A stretch of 63,867 bases of DNA, counting the filler, from Chiloscyllium plagiosum (taxonomy: Eukaryota): the NCBI RefSeq assembly GCF_004010195.1. It is 4 parts of one record of this genome, joined end to end, with 100 filler letters (N's around TTAATTAATTAA, not from the genome) between each part and the next. Parts side by side here need not be neighbours in the genome. Positions count along the whole stretch, not along the records: positions 28,319 to 50,820 come from NC_057715.1; positions 50,921 to 59,559 come from NC_057715.1; 2 more parts are not named here. One strand, written 5' to 3'. A program made the translations under genes and the position numbers. The notes beneath the pieces were generated by a model, which saw only the letters and a program-made list of their open reading frames with translations, had not been told where the DNA came from and ran no database searches. This document shows positions 39,166 through 52,730 of this stretch, piece after piece. Each line of letters begins with the position of its first letter. Position 1 is the stretch's first letter.

Positions 39166-42100
39166 TAATTGTTTTGTTAAATGATTTCAGTGAAGTTAAA
39201 CATTTATTGAATGAACACAAGAGTTTTTGGACCTCATCAATTCACTTTTGACCAGAAGTACATTTAATGCAATTTGTATTTGCTTTTCAAATGTTTAGCA
39301 TTATAATTTTCCAAATTGTTTATATCAACAGGAAGCATTTAAAATAGTGGTGGTTTTAAAAGTCAATATTTTCCTAAAAGTCTTTTTCATAAAAAAAAGA
39401 TAAACAAGGAAATTAATAGTACAAATGTAAATTGGAGTTGCCCAGTTTAGACAACACTATTTTAATTATATATGAATTGTAATAAATAGATACTTAAAAT
39501 ATCTTTTATTGCTAGAGCATACTTACTGTTAAAATAAAACTGTTAGTTAATTATGCTTGAAGTGAATGTCACCCTTTTACTTACTATCTATGATATATTT
39601 AGAAAAATCAAAGAAAATCTTCAAAATACGTTTATGATACAAATATGCTTAGCAAGCAAAAACATCTCATAGAAGATCCTTGTTAGCATGCCTCAGAAAC
39701 AAAATTAGCTTTATTTTTGGCATTATTCAGTTCAAATTGTTAGATCTTACATTTTTCCAATGAGAGTCCGATGGTAGATTCAGGTACAACTTTTATTTTG
39801 GTACAACTTCATTACAGCTTCAGATTTTCTTTGCTTTTCAGTAAGGCATACAAAAACGTTGGATTGTGTACAGTTAAAATGCAGAGCGCACATGCCCCCC
39901 TTTGATACTATTGGTCAGCAGCGCTGAGATGTCTGTCTGTAACTGGCTCTCTCGTGCAGCATCTGACAAAGTTCACAACAATTTCAGTGTATTTCCAGTT
40001 AAGATACTGAATGACAAAGAAATGGACAGGCTGCTGGTACACCCATGGTCATGATATTTTTACAGAACTTAATGGTGCGGTGGGGGGAGGGGGGGCAGGT
40101 GAGGAGGCACTTCTACTGCCTGAATCTTTTGGTGATTTTTTAATTTATATGTGGATCCATAGCTACTGTGGAATCTATATCTGTGATTATCTGAAGGATC
40201 TGAACTAAAACCTACTCTTAATATTGTAACAAATTGATTAGGTAATTTAAAAGAAACAACTACTTAGTGTAAAATGTTCTTATCTATGTGAGCAATTGCA
40301 GCTGTACATTCCAGCTAGTCAACTTTGATTAAACAATCCTACAGTGTTCAACTTGCTGAGACTACATTAAGAAAATAATTTCCCAAGGCTCTCTATTTAC
40401 TGTCAGACATGTTCTGCTGTATTCCATCATCCATTTTCTGGTCAGTTACAGGCAGTCGTCAGCCATTTTGTGCTACTTAATTAGGGGCAACCTGCACAAA
40501 ATGTTTCTGTTGAATTATGTACATCCAGAAAATGCTTACAAAGTCACGTTAATTGTACATCCTCAGTTGACCTACACGGGAATAGTCTAAATCTGCTGCA
40601 CTCCTTATGGTCATGGTACTCCCACAATGGTGTGAAGTAAATGTAGTAATAGCCACAAAATTAGGCTTCATAGCATCTGATTTCCTGGTATTAGAAAAGT
40701 CATTTTGCCTATAAAATTAAGTAATTTGTATCCAAGGAGGAGAGGAGACAAAGAACATGTATAGCCCAGGCGGAAAACATATATGATGAATTCATCTTAA
40801 TAAAATATAGGAAACATAGTATTAAATTCCCATTCATACAAGATTTCACACCTTCCCGTTCAAGAACCTGTACAGCTTCCACATAGCCACAGTGCAAAAT
40901 GAAATGCGACCATGAAATAAATATTCCAAACTTGATTCATAAACTGCATACTTATGTCAACTTATCATTTTTGCGCTTTCTCTTTGTACTTGTTTTCCTT
41001 TTCATGTCTTCGTGTTCCTGTGCAGTGCTACCACCAGTGGCTGTGGCATCACTGGTAAATGTTCTCTGACTTTCAAATGGGGAGACTAAAGGTGGCCTTG
41101 CAAAATAGTTTCATGCAGTCTAGCTCTGAAAGTCCCAGCTTTGGGCTGCACAATCTTGGAAATGGCAGTAGCTGTCTGAGTTGACCAGCTGACTGACAAC
41201 AGCTAATGTACTGACATAGTGACCACTCACATGATTTTCAGAGTATACATCAGTTTTATGCTTAAATATGCCATTGATACTTCCAAGGGCAGTATTTCAG
41301 CAATCCTATTAATGTTTTGGAGGACATATTGCTGGACTTCTATGGTACCCCGTAGGCTCCCTTGAATACTGATTAATGTAGTTTGATGATAGTCTAAGCA
41401 TAGGTTGTGGTGGATTGAGCTTCCATGACTTCATTCTGAGCTTCCACTGTTGTACACAGTCATTGGGGGACTAATGTTTGTAGAGCAGTAATTGCTGTGA
41501 CATCAGTCAACAGACATTTGAATTATGGTTTACTTCAAAGTGTGCTGATGGAATTGGCCATCAGTTGCATGTTGGAAAGGATGGACTTAAAGTGCAAATG
41601 CTAATACCAAGTTAATCTCATTCACCTCCATGCTCCTAGGCATTCACAGCAGCATCTGCAGGCTGCTGAATTGGCTGGCTGGTAGGTAATGGCAAGTTCA
41701 TTGGCAGAATGGCAAGGGTAGTGAGACAAATGCTATCTTCCTGTGAGAAAGTAGTAGGTCTGTGCCTTTCGCAGAGCCACTGCTGAAGCCTCCAGGCAGT
41801 ACCTTCAGTTATGAAGATCAACTAAATGGTTGAGACTGTTTTTCTTTTGAGAGAAGAAGGCTGAGAGAAGATTACTTCTCAAAATCACAAGAGGCTAAAT
41901 TGAAAACATTGACAAAGGAGAAGCAGCTCCTGCTGATAAAAGAGAAAAGAACAAGAGGACATAGATTTAAAGTGATATGCAAAGTAAGCAAGGCTTAATC
42001 AAGAAAAAAAAATCACACAGTAGTTAGAGCATAGAATGCATAGCCTGGAAATGTGGTAGAGGCAGGTTTACCTGAGACAAACAATGTTATTGAATGATAA

Positions 42101-42308
42101 TTTGGATTAAAATGATACGCAGGAATATGGAGAAAAGACGGGAGTTCGGCACTATGTAATAGAGCCAGTGCAGGCACAATAAGCTAAGTAGCCCCTTTTT
42201 ACTGTAACAATTCTGTGATTCTGTAAATTTGCAGACCCCAAATACACTCAGCAAAATGTTAGTACTGAAAATATGTAAGCATAAAGTTTGTATTTTTAGA
42301 ATGTGTGA

Positions 42309-42482
<174 letters not shown>

Positions 42483-43358
42483 TAAATACTGACATTTATA
42501 TTTTAAAACTTCACCTTTTTATTATACACAGCTATATTTTTCTACTTTTTTTGTCATTCTTTTCCAAATAGTATCTGGTAATTTCCGGCATGTGAGCCAG
42601 TAACTGATAACAATTCTGATTGAATTATATGAAATAAAATTATATTCAGAAAAACATAATTATCAGGAGGAGCTCTACATGAAATGTATTTGGTTCATGT
42701 CAATATGGCCCTAATGGATCTCCAGTGTGCAAACTAATTGTTGAAGGAAGGGAATTTTACTCTGTATACATGACCTTAGTATAACTTGTATCTCTCCTAA
42801 TGTTTGTAGGCAGTAGCAAATGTTAAAATCGCAACTGACAAATAACAAGAGAGTTCAGAAACTTATTTCCCCTTTCACTAAATTAGGACTATAACACCAG
42901 ACCCAGGTCTGACCATAGTGCCGTAAATCTAATTAATGAAAATAGAACTCTAATTTTAATGTACCATTCTGAGAGGAGAAAGGAAAGTGTTAGAAACCAA
43001 ATATTTTGCATAAATTTGTTATTTAAATTATCCCTATTATGATAATATTCTAGTCTTATTTACAAAGGATTTAAATTATTCCCCCACATCTGTTTCAAAT
43101 AGGGAAGTATGAAACAAATACAATGGAAGTAGACCTAGTGTAACAAGTCTCTGCATTATCTACTATTTTAACATGCAAAAAACAAATGCTCATTACCTGT
43201 GGTCTAAGGAATTTAAGGGCACACCAGTCTTGTTTTTATATATTTTTGCTTTCTTCAGTTATTTTTTGGTATGCTTTTTATAAAGTCATTTTTTAATGAA
43301 GAAAGTATTTTATTTTGATTCTGGTAAAAGTGCTATTTGCATTTTTTTTCAACAATAG

Positions 43359-43460
<102 letters not shown>

Positions 43461-44110
43461 TAGTAAAGATATGCTCAAACATAATGTTATTAATCATTTA
43501 TCACTAATCTCTGTATTGTGACTTAAAACTTGAGAACCTGTCAAGCTTTTGTGAGCTTAAAATGTGAACAGGTTTCAATTTGTCATCCTATTGCATGCAC
43601 TGCTTAAGTGGATTATCAATCCTGGTGTATAGAAATATCAATCTTTGGATTTGAGTAATATATTGTGACTCTTACTATTAAAAGGCCACAAAAGTCTTTA
43701 AATAGACAGGTAAATTTTACAATGCTAGCATTATCAGAAACTTGCAGTGCTCCCTGCAATTTCCTGTTCATTGAAATCAAGTCTGTCATTTAGTACCTTA
43801 CTCACTGTACTTACTTTGCATAAATTATGTACTAAATAATCCTTCATGAAATATAGAATTGATTACTATATATCCATCACAAATAGACAATCAATTAGGA
43901 AGCAAACAGCGGATAATTGAAGTATGAAATCATTCTGAATTGGAAAATAATCACCTTGGATTGACAGCAATTTTCATCTTGTTTCTTTCAAGTATAAATA
44001 CTTCAATGGTTTTACCTTGTATGAAACTGTGTATCTAATGCATGTTTCACAATGATCTTCTATACTCTGTTTTCTTGGCTTTTTGCTCCTGTGACATGCT
44101 TGCTGTGTAG

Positions 44111-44128
44111 CAAATGGAATCCCTTGCA
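44111..44128 (+). CDS. FRY: FRY 18-nt alternative microexon (QMESLA)
   Basis: tgcttgctgtgtAG|CAAATGGAATCCCTTGCA|GTAAGT; frame-preserving phase 0/0, consensus donor, UGC motifs in the acceptor region. Confidence 0.8.
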
Positions 44129-45683
44129 GTAAGTTACAAGTCTTGAATATTTTCTAACTATTGAATTGTTAAATTTTGCTTTCTAAAATGTACACTTCTT
44201 AAGGAGTAATAATAGCGTCTTGTAATTAGGATAAATCTAAATTACTCCAGTTATCCCAATTTCCAGTATTGTTACAGCTTGATTTCTTCATGTTTCTACA
44301 CTCTCCAGTTTAGTTAATATGACTAGATTGAGGATGAACCCCTCAATCCTCATGAGGATGAACCAGGCAGCATTTCCTCTTCATGAAGCTGTGCTATCGT
44401 GGTGTGATTATATTTTGTATTTCAAAATAATCTGAAATTACATTTTTAAAAATAGACTCCAGCATTGTCTCTGCAGTAGATGTTAACCTAATTGGCATAT
44501 AGCTACCTGTTTTTATTCCCCTTCCTCCTTGAATAAAGGTGTTACATTGGCAAATCTCTGGGACCTTTCAAGAACCTAAGGATTCTTTTAAGGTTTATGC
44601 CACTATCTTGGTAGCCACTTCCTTTAATATCCTAGGATACAAGCCGTCAGGTCCAGGGGACTTAGCTTTTAGCCCCATTAATTTTTCTCTAGTGATAATT
44701 ATTATACTTATTCCCTTTTGCCCTTTGATTATTTAGTATTTTCAGAATGCTAGTTGTTTCTTCTACTGTGAAGACTTGTGCAAAGTGTTTATTAAACTCC
44801 TCTGCCACTTCCTGGTGCCCCTTTATTATTTGTCCAATTTCCTTCTCTAAGAAGCTGTATTCACTTTGTCCTCTTTTCCTTTTTATATATTTAAAGACAC
44901 TCTTGGCCATTTTTATGTTTCAAAAGAATAAATCTTGTTAGACTGAATTTATCTTTTTTTGAGGAAGCAACACAGAAGACAATTTTGATTCAATAATGTT
45001 ATAAGGTATTCAAAAATAGTCTCATGGTTAAAGTCAGAGAACATGGAGTCAATGGACAAATGACAATAGATTGCTTCAAGACTTCAAGACAAAAAAAGTT
45101 TATTTTAAATTCATATATGGGATATGGGCATCGCTGGCTAGGCCATCATATTATTTCTACCCAAAAAGCAATTCACTGTTAACCATATTGCTGTGGATTT
45201 AGAGGCACATGTAGCCCAGACCAGGTAAAAATGGTAGATTTCCTTCCCTAAAGGATATTAGTGAACCAGGTGGATTTTTAATGATAATAGACAGTGATTG
45301 ATCTTAAACCAGCCATATTGAATTCAGATTTTACCATTTACCTGACAGGATTCAAACCCATTACCCCAGAGCATTAACCTCAAGTTCTGGATTGCTAGTC
45401 AGTGATGTTATCACTTGCTACTGCCACCCCAAGTATTTGAAGTCAATGGATATTTAGTCAGAGTGGCAGAAAGTAGGAACCAGTGTTCCACAAGGATTAG
45501 TGCTGAGACCACTGCTGTTCACAATTTACATGAATTATTTTGTTGTTAGGATCAAAGCAAAATTTCTAAATCTGTGATGAGACCAAGTAGAGTTGGGCAA
45601 AAATAAAGCGATTATTAATCAATTCTGAAGGTGCCCACAACAAATTATTGTTCCAAAATTTGTCAAATGCAGTTTAATACAGA

Positions 45684-46033
45684 TGGGGCGGCACGGTAGC
45701 TTATTGGCTAGCACTGCTGCTTCACAGCGTCAGGAACACGGGTTCGCTTCCAGCCTCAGGTGACTATCTGTGTGGAGTTTGCACATTCTCCCTGTGTCTG
45801 CATGTGTTTCCTCCCAGGTGCTCCGGTTTCCTTCCACAATCCAAAAGATGTGCAGATTAGGTGAATTAGCCAAGCTACATTGCCCATAGTATTCAGGGAT
45901 GTGTAGGTTAGGCGCATTAGTCATGGGACATGTAGAGTAATAGGGTAGGGGAATGGGTCTGGGTGGGATACTCTTCAGAGGGTCGGTGTGGACCTGTTGA
46001 GTCAAAGGGCCTGTTTCCACACAGTAGGGATTC
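45684..46033 (+). mobile_element. HE1-type SINE
   Basis: ggggcggcacggtagc head, core and gggcctgtttccacacagtagggattc tail. Confidence 0.9.
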
Positions 46034-46149
46034 TTAAAAAAACAATGTGAATTAGCATGTTTTAGTTTAAAAAAAAATATAGGGAGGTCATCTATCACTT
46101 GGAAGTTGCATGTTTAGTTGGGGTACAGGAACATAAAATTTTGGAGTAC

Positions 46150-46765
46150 CGATACATCAAGCACTAAATGTTACACCACAGGTTACCAAGATCATTTTTT
46201 GAAGAAAACTAAACACTAGGCTAACCTATATTGATCCTTGGTCAGATCAAAAGGCACTGCATGCAATTCTGTTTCTTATTATTAGAAAGAGGATATTACG
46301 GCACTGGAAAGATACAGAGAAGATTTACAGAATTATGTGAAAAAGTGTGTGGGTATGTATATATTGGGAAAGGACTGACAGTCTGGATTACTTTTCTCTT
46401 GAAAAATGATGATAATGAAGAAGTCTTGAAAATTATGGAAGATATTTAAGAAGTTGGTGTGGAGATTGTTTCCTCTTAGGAAGAACTAAGGGGTCATATT
46501 TTCAAGGTGAGAGGAGGAAGTTTTAAAAGAATATGAGGGGCAACTTTTTTTACACAGTGGTTTGCGTGTGAAATGAATTGCCAGAGGAGGTGGTGGATGC
46601 AGGTACAGTTACAACATTTAAAAGGCATTTGGATAGGTACATGAATAGGAAAGGTTTAGAGGGATATCGGCCAAACTCAGGCAAGTGGGACTAGTTTAGA
46701 ATGGGACCATGGTTGGCATGGACTAGTTAGACCAAAAGGTCTGTTTCCATGCTCTATGACTATAT
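46150..46765 (+). mobile_element. CR1/HER1 3' fragments
   Basis: aatgaattgccagaggaggtggtggatgcaggtac and tail tctgtttccatgctctatgac. Confidence 0.75.
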
Positions 46766-48259
46766 AACTAGAGGTCAAATCACCAATCAGCAAGTAATCC
46801 AAATCGGAAATTCAATAGTGATGCATGAGTATGTGAGAATTGCTACTTTAGGGAGTGGTTGAAGGTGTTAATATAGCTGTGTTGAAGAGGATTTTGGATG
46901 GTAAATAAAGGAGAAGGGAAGAGGGCATACACATATATTTAGATGGGGGATTGGAGATGGTTTAAGTGGAGCAGAAATAGGAGCATGAAAACATTGGATG
47001 AATGCCTGTTTTTATATTGTGTATGTTCTGTTATCCTATGTTATTACTTAGAAACAAAGAAAATAAGAGCAAGAGCAAGAATTTGGCCTTTGGAGCCTGC
47101 TCTGCCATTCATTATGATCAAAGCTGATTATTTAACTCAGCATGTTCCTGCTTTTCTTCCATATCCTTTGGCATATTGAATCGGGATTATCAAGCTTAAA
47201 GTCTGATAATTAGCTGCCAGATCATCCTGTATCACTAAATATCTTTGCTTTGGAATTCAATGCATAGATAGGACCAGCATAAAAAAAACTATGAGGAAAA
47301 TACTTCAACTGGATTGGCATTGGAATGGGAAGCAAAGAGAGAGTTCAGATTCAGGGGAAGCTAGACCTGTAAAATGAAGCAAAAATAGAAGACTGGCAAA
47401 CTTCAAATAGAATCAAAGTATAAAATCCCTAAAATGCATGTAGCATTTTCAACAAAATTTGATAATTTTGACATTATAGACATGTGGCTTCAGGGTAACC
47501 AAGGTGGGTACAGAATATCCAAGGATATTCTCCATTTAAGAGAGAAAGAAAAGAGATGACAACAGTACATTAGTAGGAGAGGAACTTAGATGGAAGGATT
47601 GGGAACAACTTAGATCCCAACAAAGGATGACTGAGAAACTGACAACACATGGAAGAAATTATGTGAATGCAAGCTAGTGATGAACATGAAGGAGGGCTAT
47701 AAAAGCTTCTGTCAAGAATAAATGTTTAAATAAATAAAAATTACAGATCAGGATAAGTATTTTCATAATGAACATAGGGAAATGGTAGAGAACCTAAACT
47801 ATTACTTTGGGTGGAATCTTACAGGGGTCTGTAGAGTGTGGGCCGTGGCAGGATGTGCGACAGGATCAAGTGAGAAATCCAGCAAGGCTAAATTGATGTG
47901 GAGCATCTTGTGCCATCTTTCATGCTTTTCACAAGTCGGCACGTTTTTCACTTGTCAGGAGTGAGTTCCCAATTATTGGAAATTATTGCTTGTTAAATGC
48001 CTTGCTGATGGCCCAACTCTCCTCAATAATTCTTAGCTTTATCACACCAAGCTCACCAAACAAGCTAGATATTAAAAAAAGGCATGGAAATCAGAGTGGG
48101 TACCTGGCAGATTCAGCTTACTGCTTGCTCCAAGCAACCTCCATTTTGGACAATGATCACCAACATCTATGACATTGGAATTTGACATGTGTCAGCCTCT
48201 AAGAACCCCAATGGCACATCTCCAACAGGGTGCTTCTGCACTTTAATGCTGCACCTCAA

Positions 48260-50820
48260 ACTGTGAACGGGAACCAGAAGAGAAAACAAGTAGGCAGTGA
48301 GGTGGAGACTGGAGACTGTAAGAATCATGAAGGTAACATTAATAAAGGGAAGAGTAGGCTGAGAGCAGATGAGCGCAAAAGAACTGGTGGCCTGAAATGC
48401 ATCTACTTTAATGCAAGGAGTATAGTGTGTAACACAGATGAACTTAGGGCTTGGATTGGTGCCTGGGAGTATGATGTTATTGCAATCACAGAGACTTGGT
48501 TGAAGGACGGGCATGATGATTAGCAACTAAATGTTCCAGGATATAGATGCTTCAGACAGGACAGGGAGAGAAGTAAAAAGGGGGGTGGAGTTGCATTGCT
48601 GGTCAGGGATGATATCACAGCTGTGCTAAAGGAGGACACGATCGAGGTCTTGGGCAGTGAGGCATTATGGGTGGAGCTGGGAAATAAGAAGGGTGCAGTT
48701 ACATTGTTGGGGCTGTATTACAGGCCTCCCAACAGTGAGCGTGAGGTAGAAGAACAAAAAGGTAAACAGATTATGGAAAGATGTAGAGGCAATAGGGTAG
48801 TGGTGATGGGAGATTTTAATTTTCCCAACATTGACTGGGATACACTTAGAGTCAGAGGTCTGGATGGGGTAGAATTTGTAAGAAGCATCCAGGAGAGTTT
48901 TCTAGAGCAGTATGTCAGTAATCCGATGAGGGAAGGGGCCATATTGGACCTAGTGTTGGGGAATGAGCCAGGCCAGATGCTAGAAGTTGCAGTGGGGGAT
49001 TTCTTTGCAAACAGTGGCCACAATTCTGTAAGTTTTAGAATACTCGTAGATAAAGATGAGAGTGGTCCTAAGGGAAGAGTACTAAACTGGGCCAAGGCCA
49101 ATTAAATCAAAATTAAGAAGGAGCTCGGAAATATGGATTAGACACAGCTATTTGAAGGGAAGTCCAGATTTGATATGTGGGAGGCTTTCAAAGATAGTGC
49201 AGGATAGGCATGCCCTGTTGAAGGCAAAGGATAAGAAGGGCAAGATTCGTGAATTGTGGATGATAGGAGAAATTGTAGGACTAGCCAAGAGGAAAAGGGA
49301 AGCTTCCATAAGGTCCAGGCAACTAAGAACAGAACAGGCCCTGGAGGAATATCGGAAGAGTAGGACCAGTCTTAAACGAGGAATCAAGCGGGCTAAAAGG
49401 GGTCATGAAATAGCTTTAGCAAGCAGAATTAAGGAGAATCCCAAAGCATTTTATTCTTTATATAAGAAGCAAGTGGGTAACTACAGAAAGGATTGGTCCA
49501 CTAAAGGATAATGAAGGAAGGCTGTGTGTCGAACCTGAGAGAATGGGTGAGATTCTGAATGATTACTTTGCATCAGTGTTCACGGAGGAGAAGAACATGA
49601 TGAATCTTGAGATTACAGATAGAAGTTTGATTAGTCTGGATCACATTGACATAAGTAGGGAAGATGTGTGGGGTAGGCTAGAGGTTATTAAGGTGGACAA
49701 ATCCCCAGGACCGGATGGGATCTATCCCAGGTTGCTGAGGGAGGCGAGAGAGGAAATAGCTGGGGCCCTAACAGATCTCTTTGTGGCATCCTTAAATACA
49801 GGTGAGGGTCCGGACGACTGGAAGGTTGCTCATGTTGTCCCCTGTACAAGAAGGGTAGTAGGGATATTCCGGGTAATTACAGACCTGTGAGCCTGACGTC
49901 GGTGGTGGGAAAGTTACTGGAGAGAGTGAGTGATAGGATCTATTTATATTTAGAAAAGAATAGGCTTATCAGTGATAGGCAACATGGTTTTGTGCGGGGG
50001 AGATCGTGCCTTATCAAATTAATAGAGTTCTTTGAGGAAGTTAACAAGTTGATAGATGAAGGAAGGGCTGTTGATGTCATACACATGGACGTTAGTGAGG
50101 CATTTGATAAGGTACCCCATGGTAACTAATGGAAAAAGTGAAGTGCAGGGTGTTCTAGCTAGGTGGATAAAGAACTGGTTGAGCAACAGGAGACAGAGAG
50201 TAGTAGTTGAAGGGAGTTTCTCGAAGTGGAGAAAGGTGACCAGTGGTGGTTCCACAGGGGTCAGTGTTGGGGCCACTGTTGTTTGTGATCTGGAAGAGGG
50301 CACTATTGGTATGATCAGCAAATTTGTGACATGAAGATTGGCAGAATAGCATAAAGCATAAGGGACTGTCAAAGAATGTAGGATAATATAGATAGACTGG
50401 AGAGTTGGGCGGAGAAGTGGCAGGTGGAGTTCAATCCTTGCAAACGCCAATTGATGCATTAAGCAAGACTAATTCTAGAATGAATTATACAGTGAACGGA
50501 AGAGCCTTGGGAAAAGTTGATGAGCACAGAAATCTGGGAGTGCAGATCATTGTACCCTGAAGGTTGCTGCACAGGTGGATAGAGTGATCAAGAAGGCTTA
50601 TGGTATGCTTGCCTTCATCGGACGGGATATTGAGTATAAGAGCTGGCAAGTCATATTAAAATTGTACACAACGTTGGTTCAGCCGCATTTAGAACACTGT
50701 GTACAGTTCTGCTCGCCACATTACCAAAAGGATGTGAACACTTTGGAGAGGGTGCAGAGAAGGTTTACGAAGATGTTGCCTGGTATGGAAGAGAGGTTGA
50801 GTAGGTTAGGTTTATTTTCA
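48260..50820 (+). mobile_element. CR1 LINE ORF2 pseudogene (APE endonuclease + RT), truncated by the gap
   Basis: YFNARS, AITETW, YYRPP, MGDFN, LDLV (APE); KSPGPDGIYP, QHGF, AFDKVPH (RT); several stops and frameshifts. Confidence 0.93.
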
Positions 50821-50920
50821 NNNNNNNNNNNNNNNNNNNNNNNNNNNNNNNNNNNNNNNNNNNNTTAATTAATTAANNNNNNNNNNNNNNNNNNNNNNNN
50901 NNNNNNNNNNNNNNNNNNNN
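50821..50920. other. Assembly gap / artificial contig linker
   Basis: N44-TTAATTAATTAA-N44. Confidence 0.98.
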
Positions 50921-51370
50921 GTGGAAGGGTACTGGTTGGTATGGCGGGAAAGGAAGAAGCGGAGGGCTTTGAGTCCTTCGTGATGGTGGATGGAGGTGTA
51001 CAGGGACTGGATGTCCATGGTGAAAATAAGGCGTTGGGGACTGGGGAAGCGAAAATCATGGATCAGGTGGAGGGCATGGGTGGTGTCCCGAACGTAGGTG
51101 GGGAGTTCTTGGACTAAGGGGGACAGGACGGTGTCAAGGTATGCGGAGATGAGTTCGGTGGGGCACGAGCAGGCGGAGACAATGGGTCGGCCGGGGCAGT
51201 CAGGTTTGTGGATTTTGGGCAGGAGGTAGAAGCGGGTGGTGCGGGTTGTGGGACTATAAGGTTGGAGGCGGATTCTCCTGTTCCCTGGATGCTGCCTGAC
51301 CTGCTGCGCTTCTCCAGCAACACATTTTCAGCGCTGATCTCCAGCATCTGCAGACCTCACTTTCTACTCT
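50921..51370 (-). mobile_element. Penelope-like RT fragment joined to an inverted H1 tail (51271-51370, +)
   Basis: Minus-strand frame RFYLLPKIHKPDCPGRPIVSACSCPTELISAYLD...FTMDIQSLYTSI, diagnostic of Penelope RT. Confidence 0.88.
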
Positions 51371-51374
51371 AAGA

Positions 51375-52730
51375 ATTCATCTACCTCCCATAAAAATATA
51401 TTCAATGACTCAGCCTCCACTATTCTCTGAGGCAGAGAGTCCCAACGACCCGTGGTTCTGTGAGAGAAAAAAAAACTTCATCTCTGCCTTAAATGTACAA
51501 CTCTTTAATCTTAGATCCTGAGAGTCTCTTCCTCAAGGAAAAACATTCTTTAAACATCCATTGTGTCAAGGCACCTCAAGATCTCATATGTTTCAACATT
51601 CCTACTCTTCTAAACTCCAATGGATGCAGGCCCAGCCTGTAAAACCTTTCCTCATAAAATGGCACACCTCCAATCCACATATTATAATGCAGGCACATCC
51701 TTTATTAAAGAGATCAAACTATACAGAATACTCCAGAAGGGACCCTAAAACTCTCCATACAATTGTATGAAAACATCTCTAAAATTATTTTCAAATTTTC
51801 TTGCAATAAAATTTATTTGACTTCCTAATCACTTGCTCTACATGCATACCAATGTTTTGTGATGCAGTACCAGGTCCCTCTGTGCCTCAGAGCTTTGCAA
51901 TTTCTCTCCTTTTAAATAATATGCAGTTTTTCTATTCTTCCTGCCAAAGTTCCCATATTTAACTACATTTGGCAAATTTTCACTTAACCTATCTAAATTC
52001 CTTTGCAGACTCCTTATGTCTGAAGTTCCTCATAAGTTGTGTGTTTGTGCAGTCATTCTGATGCCCTATGTACATGATCAGCATCAGCATGCCAATCACA
52101 GCATTGATTTCTGGTTCCAGAAGTCACTGCCATGCACCGGCCATGGTGGCCTTGGAAGTCCTCTCCCCAACGTAGTTCCCTATCTAACTTTGTAATATCT
52201 TTATTCCCTATCTATCATAAGAAAATTTAACCACCATAAATTGTAAATATTAAAGTTTTAGTATTGATTCCTATAGCATTCCATTCATCACATCTTGCCA
52301 AGCTGAAAATGACCCATTTGTGTCCATTCCCTGTTTCCATAGGTTTACCAAATTATCTGTCAATGCTAACATGTTATCCCGACACCATGAACACTTGTTT
52401 TACATACTATCCTTTGATGCAGCACCTTGTCAAGTGCCTTCTAGAAATCTAAGTATAGTACATCCTCAGGTTTCCCTTTGTCCACTCAGTTTTCAAATTC
52501 ATCAAAGAACTTCGTTTAGTTAATCAAGCATGATTTCCATTTGTCAAACCATGTTTATTTGATTACGTTGAGATTTTCTAAAGTGCCCCACTGTAACCTC
52601 CTTAATAATGGATTCTCGCATTTCCCTCTGTTAAATGTTAAGCTTCCTTTAATTTCCTGCTTCCTATCTACTTCCTTTCTTGAATAGAGGAGTCAGATTT
52701 GCTGTTTTCCAATCTGATGTAAACTTCCTA
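51375..52730 (-). mobile_element. Old CR1 remnant(s)
   Basis: Reverse-complement LDF.KAFDKV-like segment (52425-52460) and CR1 3' region. Confidence 0.6.

Noticed and set aside
44325..44366. Small direct/inverted repeat TGAGGATGAACC x2
   Set aside because: Too short; consistent with a local slippage event, with no functional evidence.
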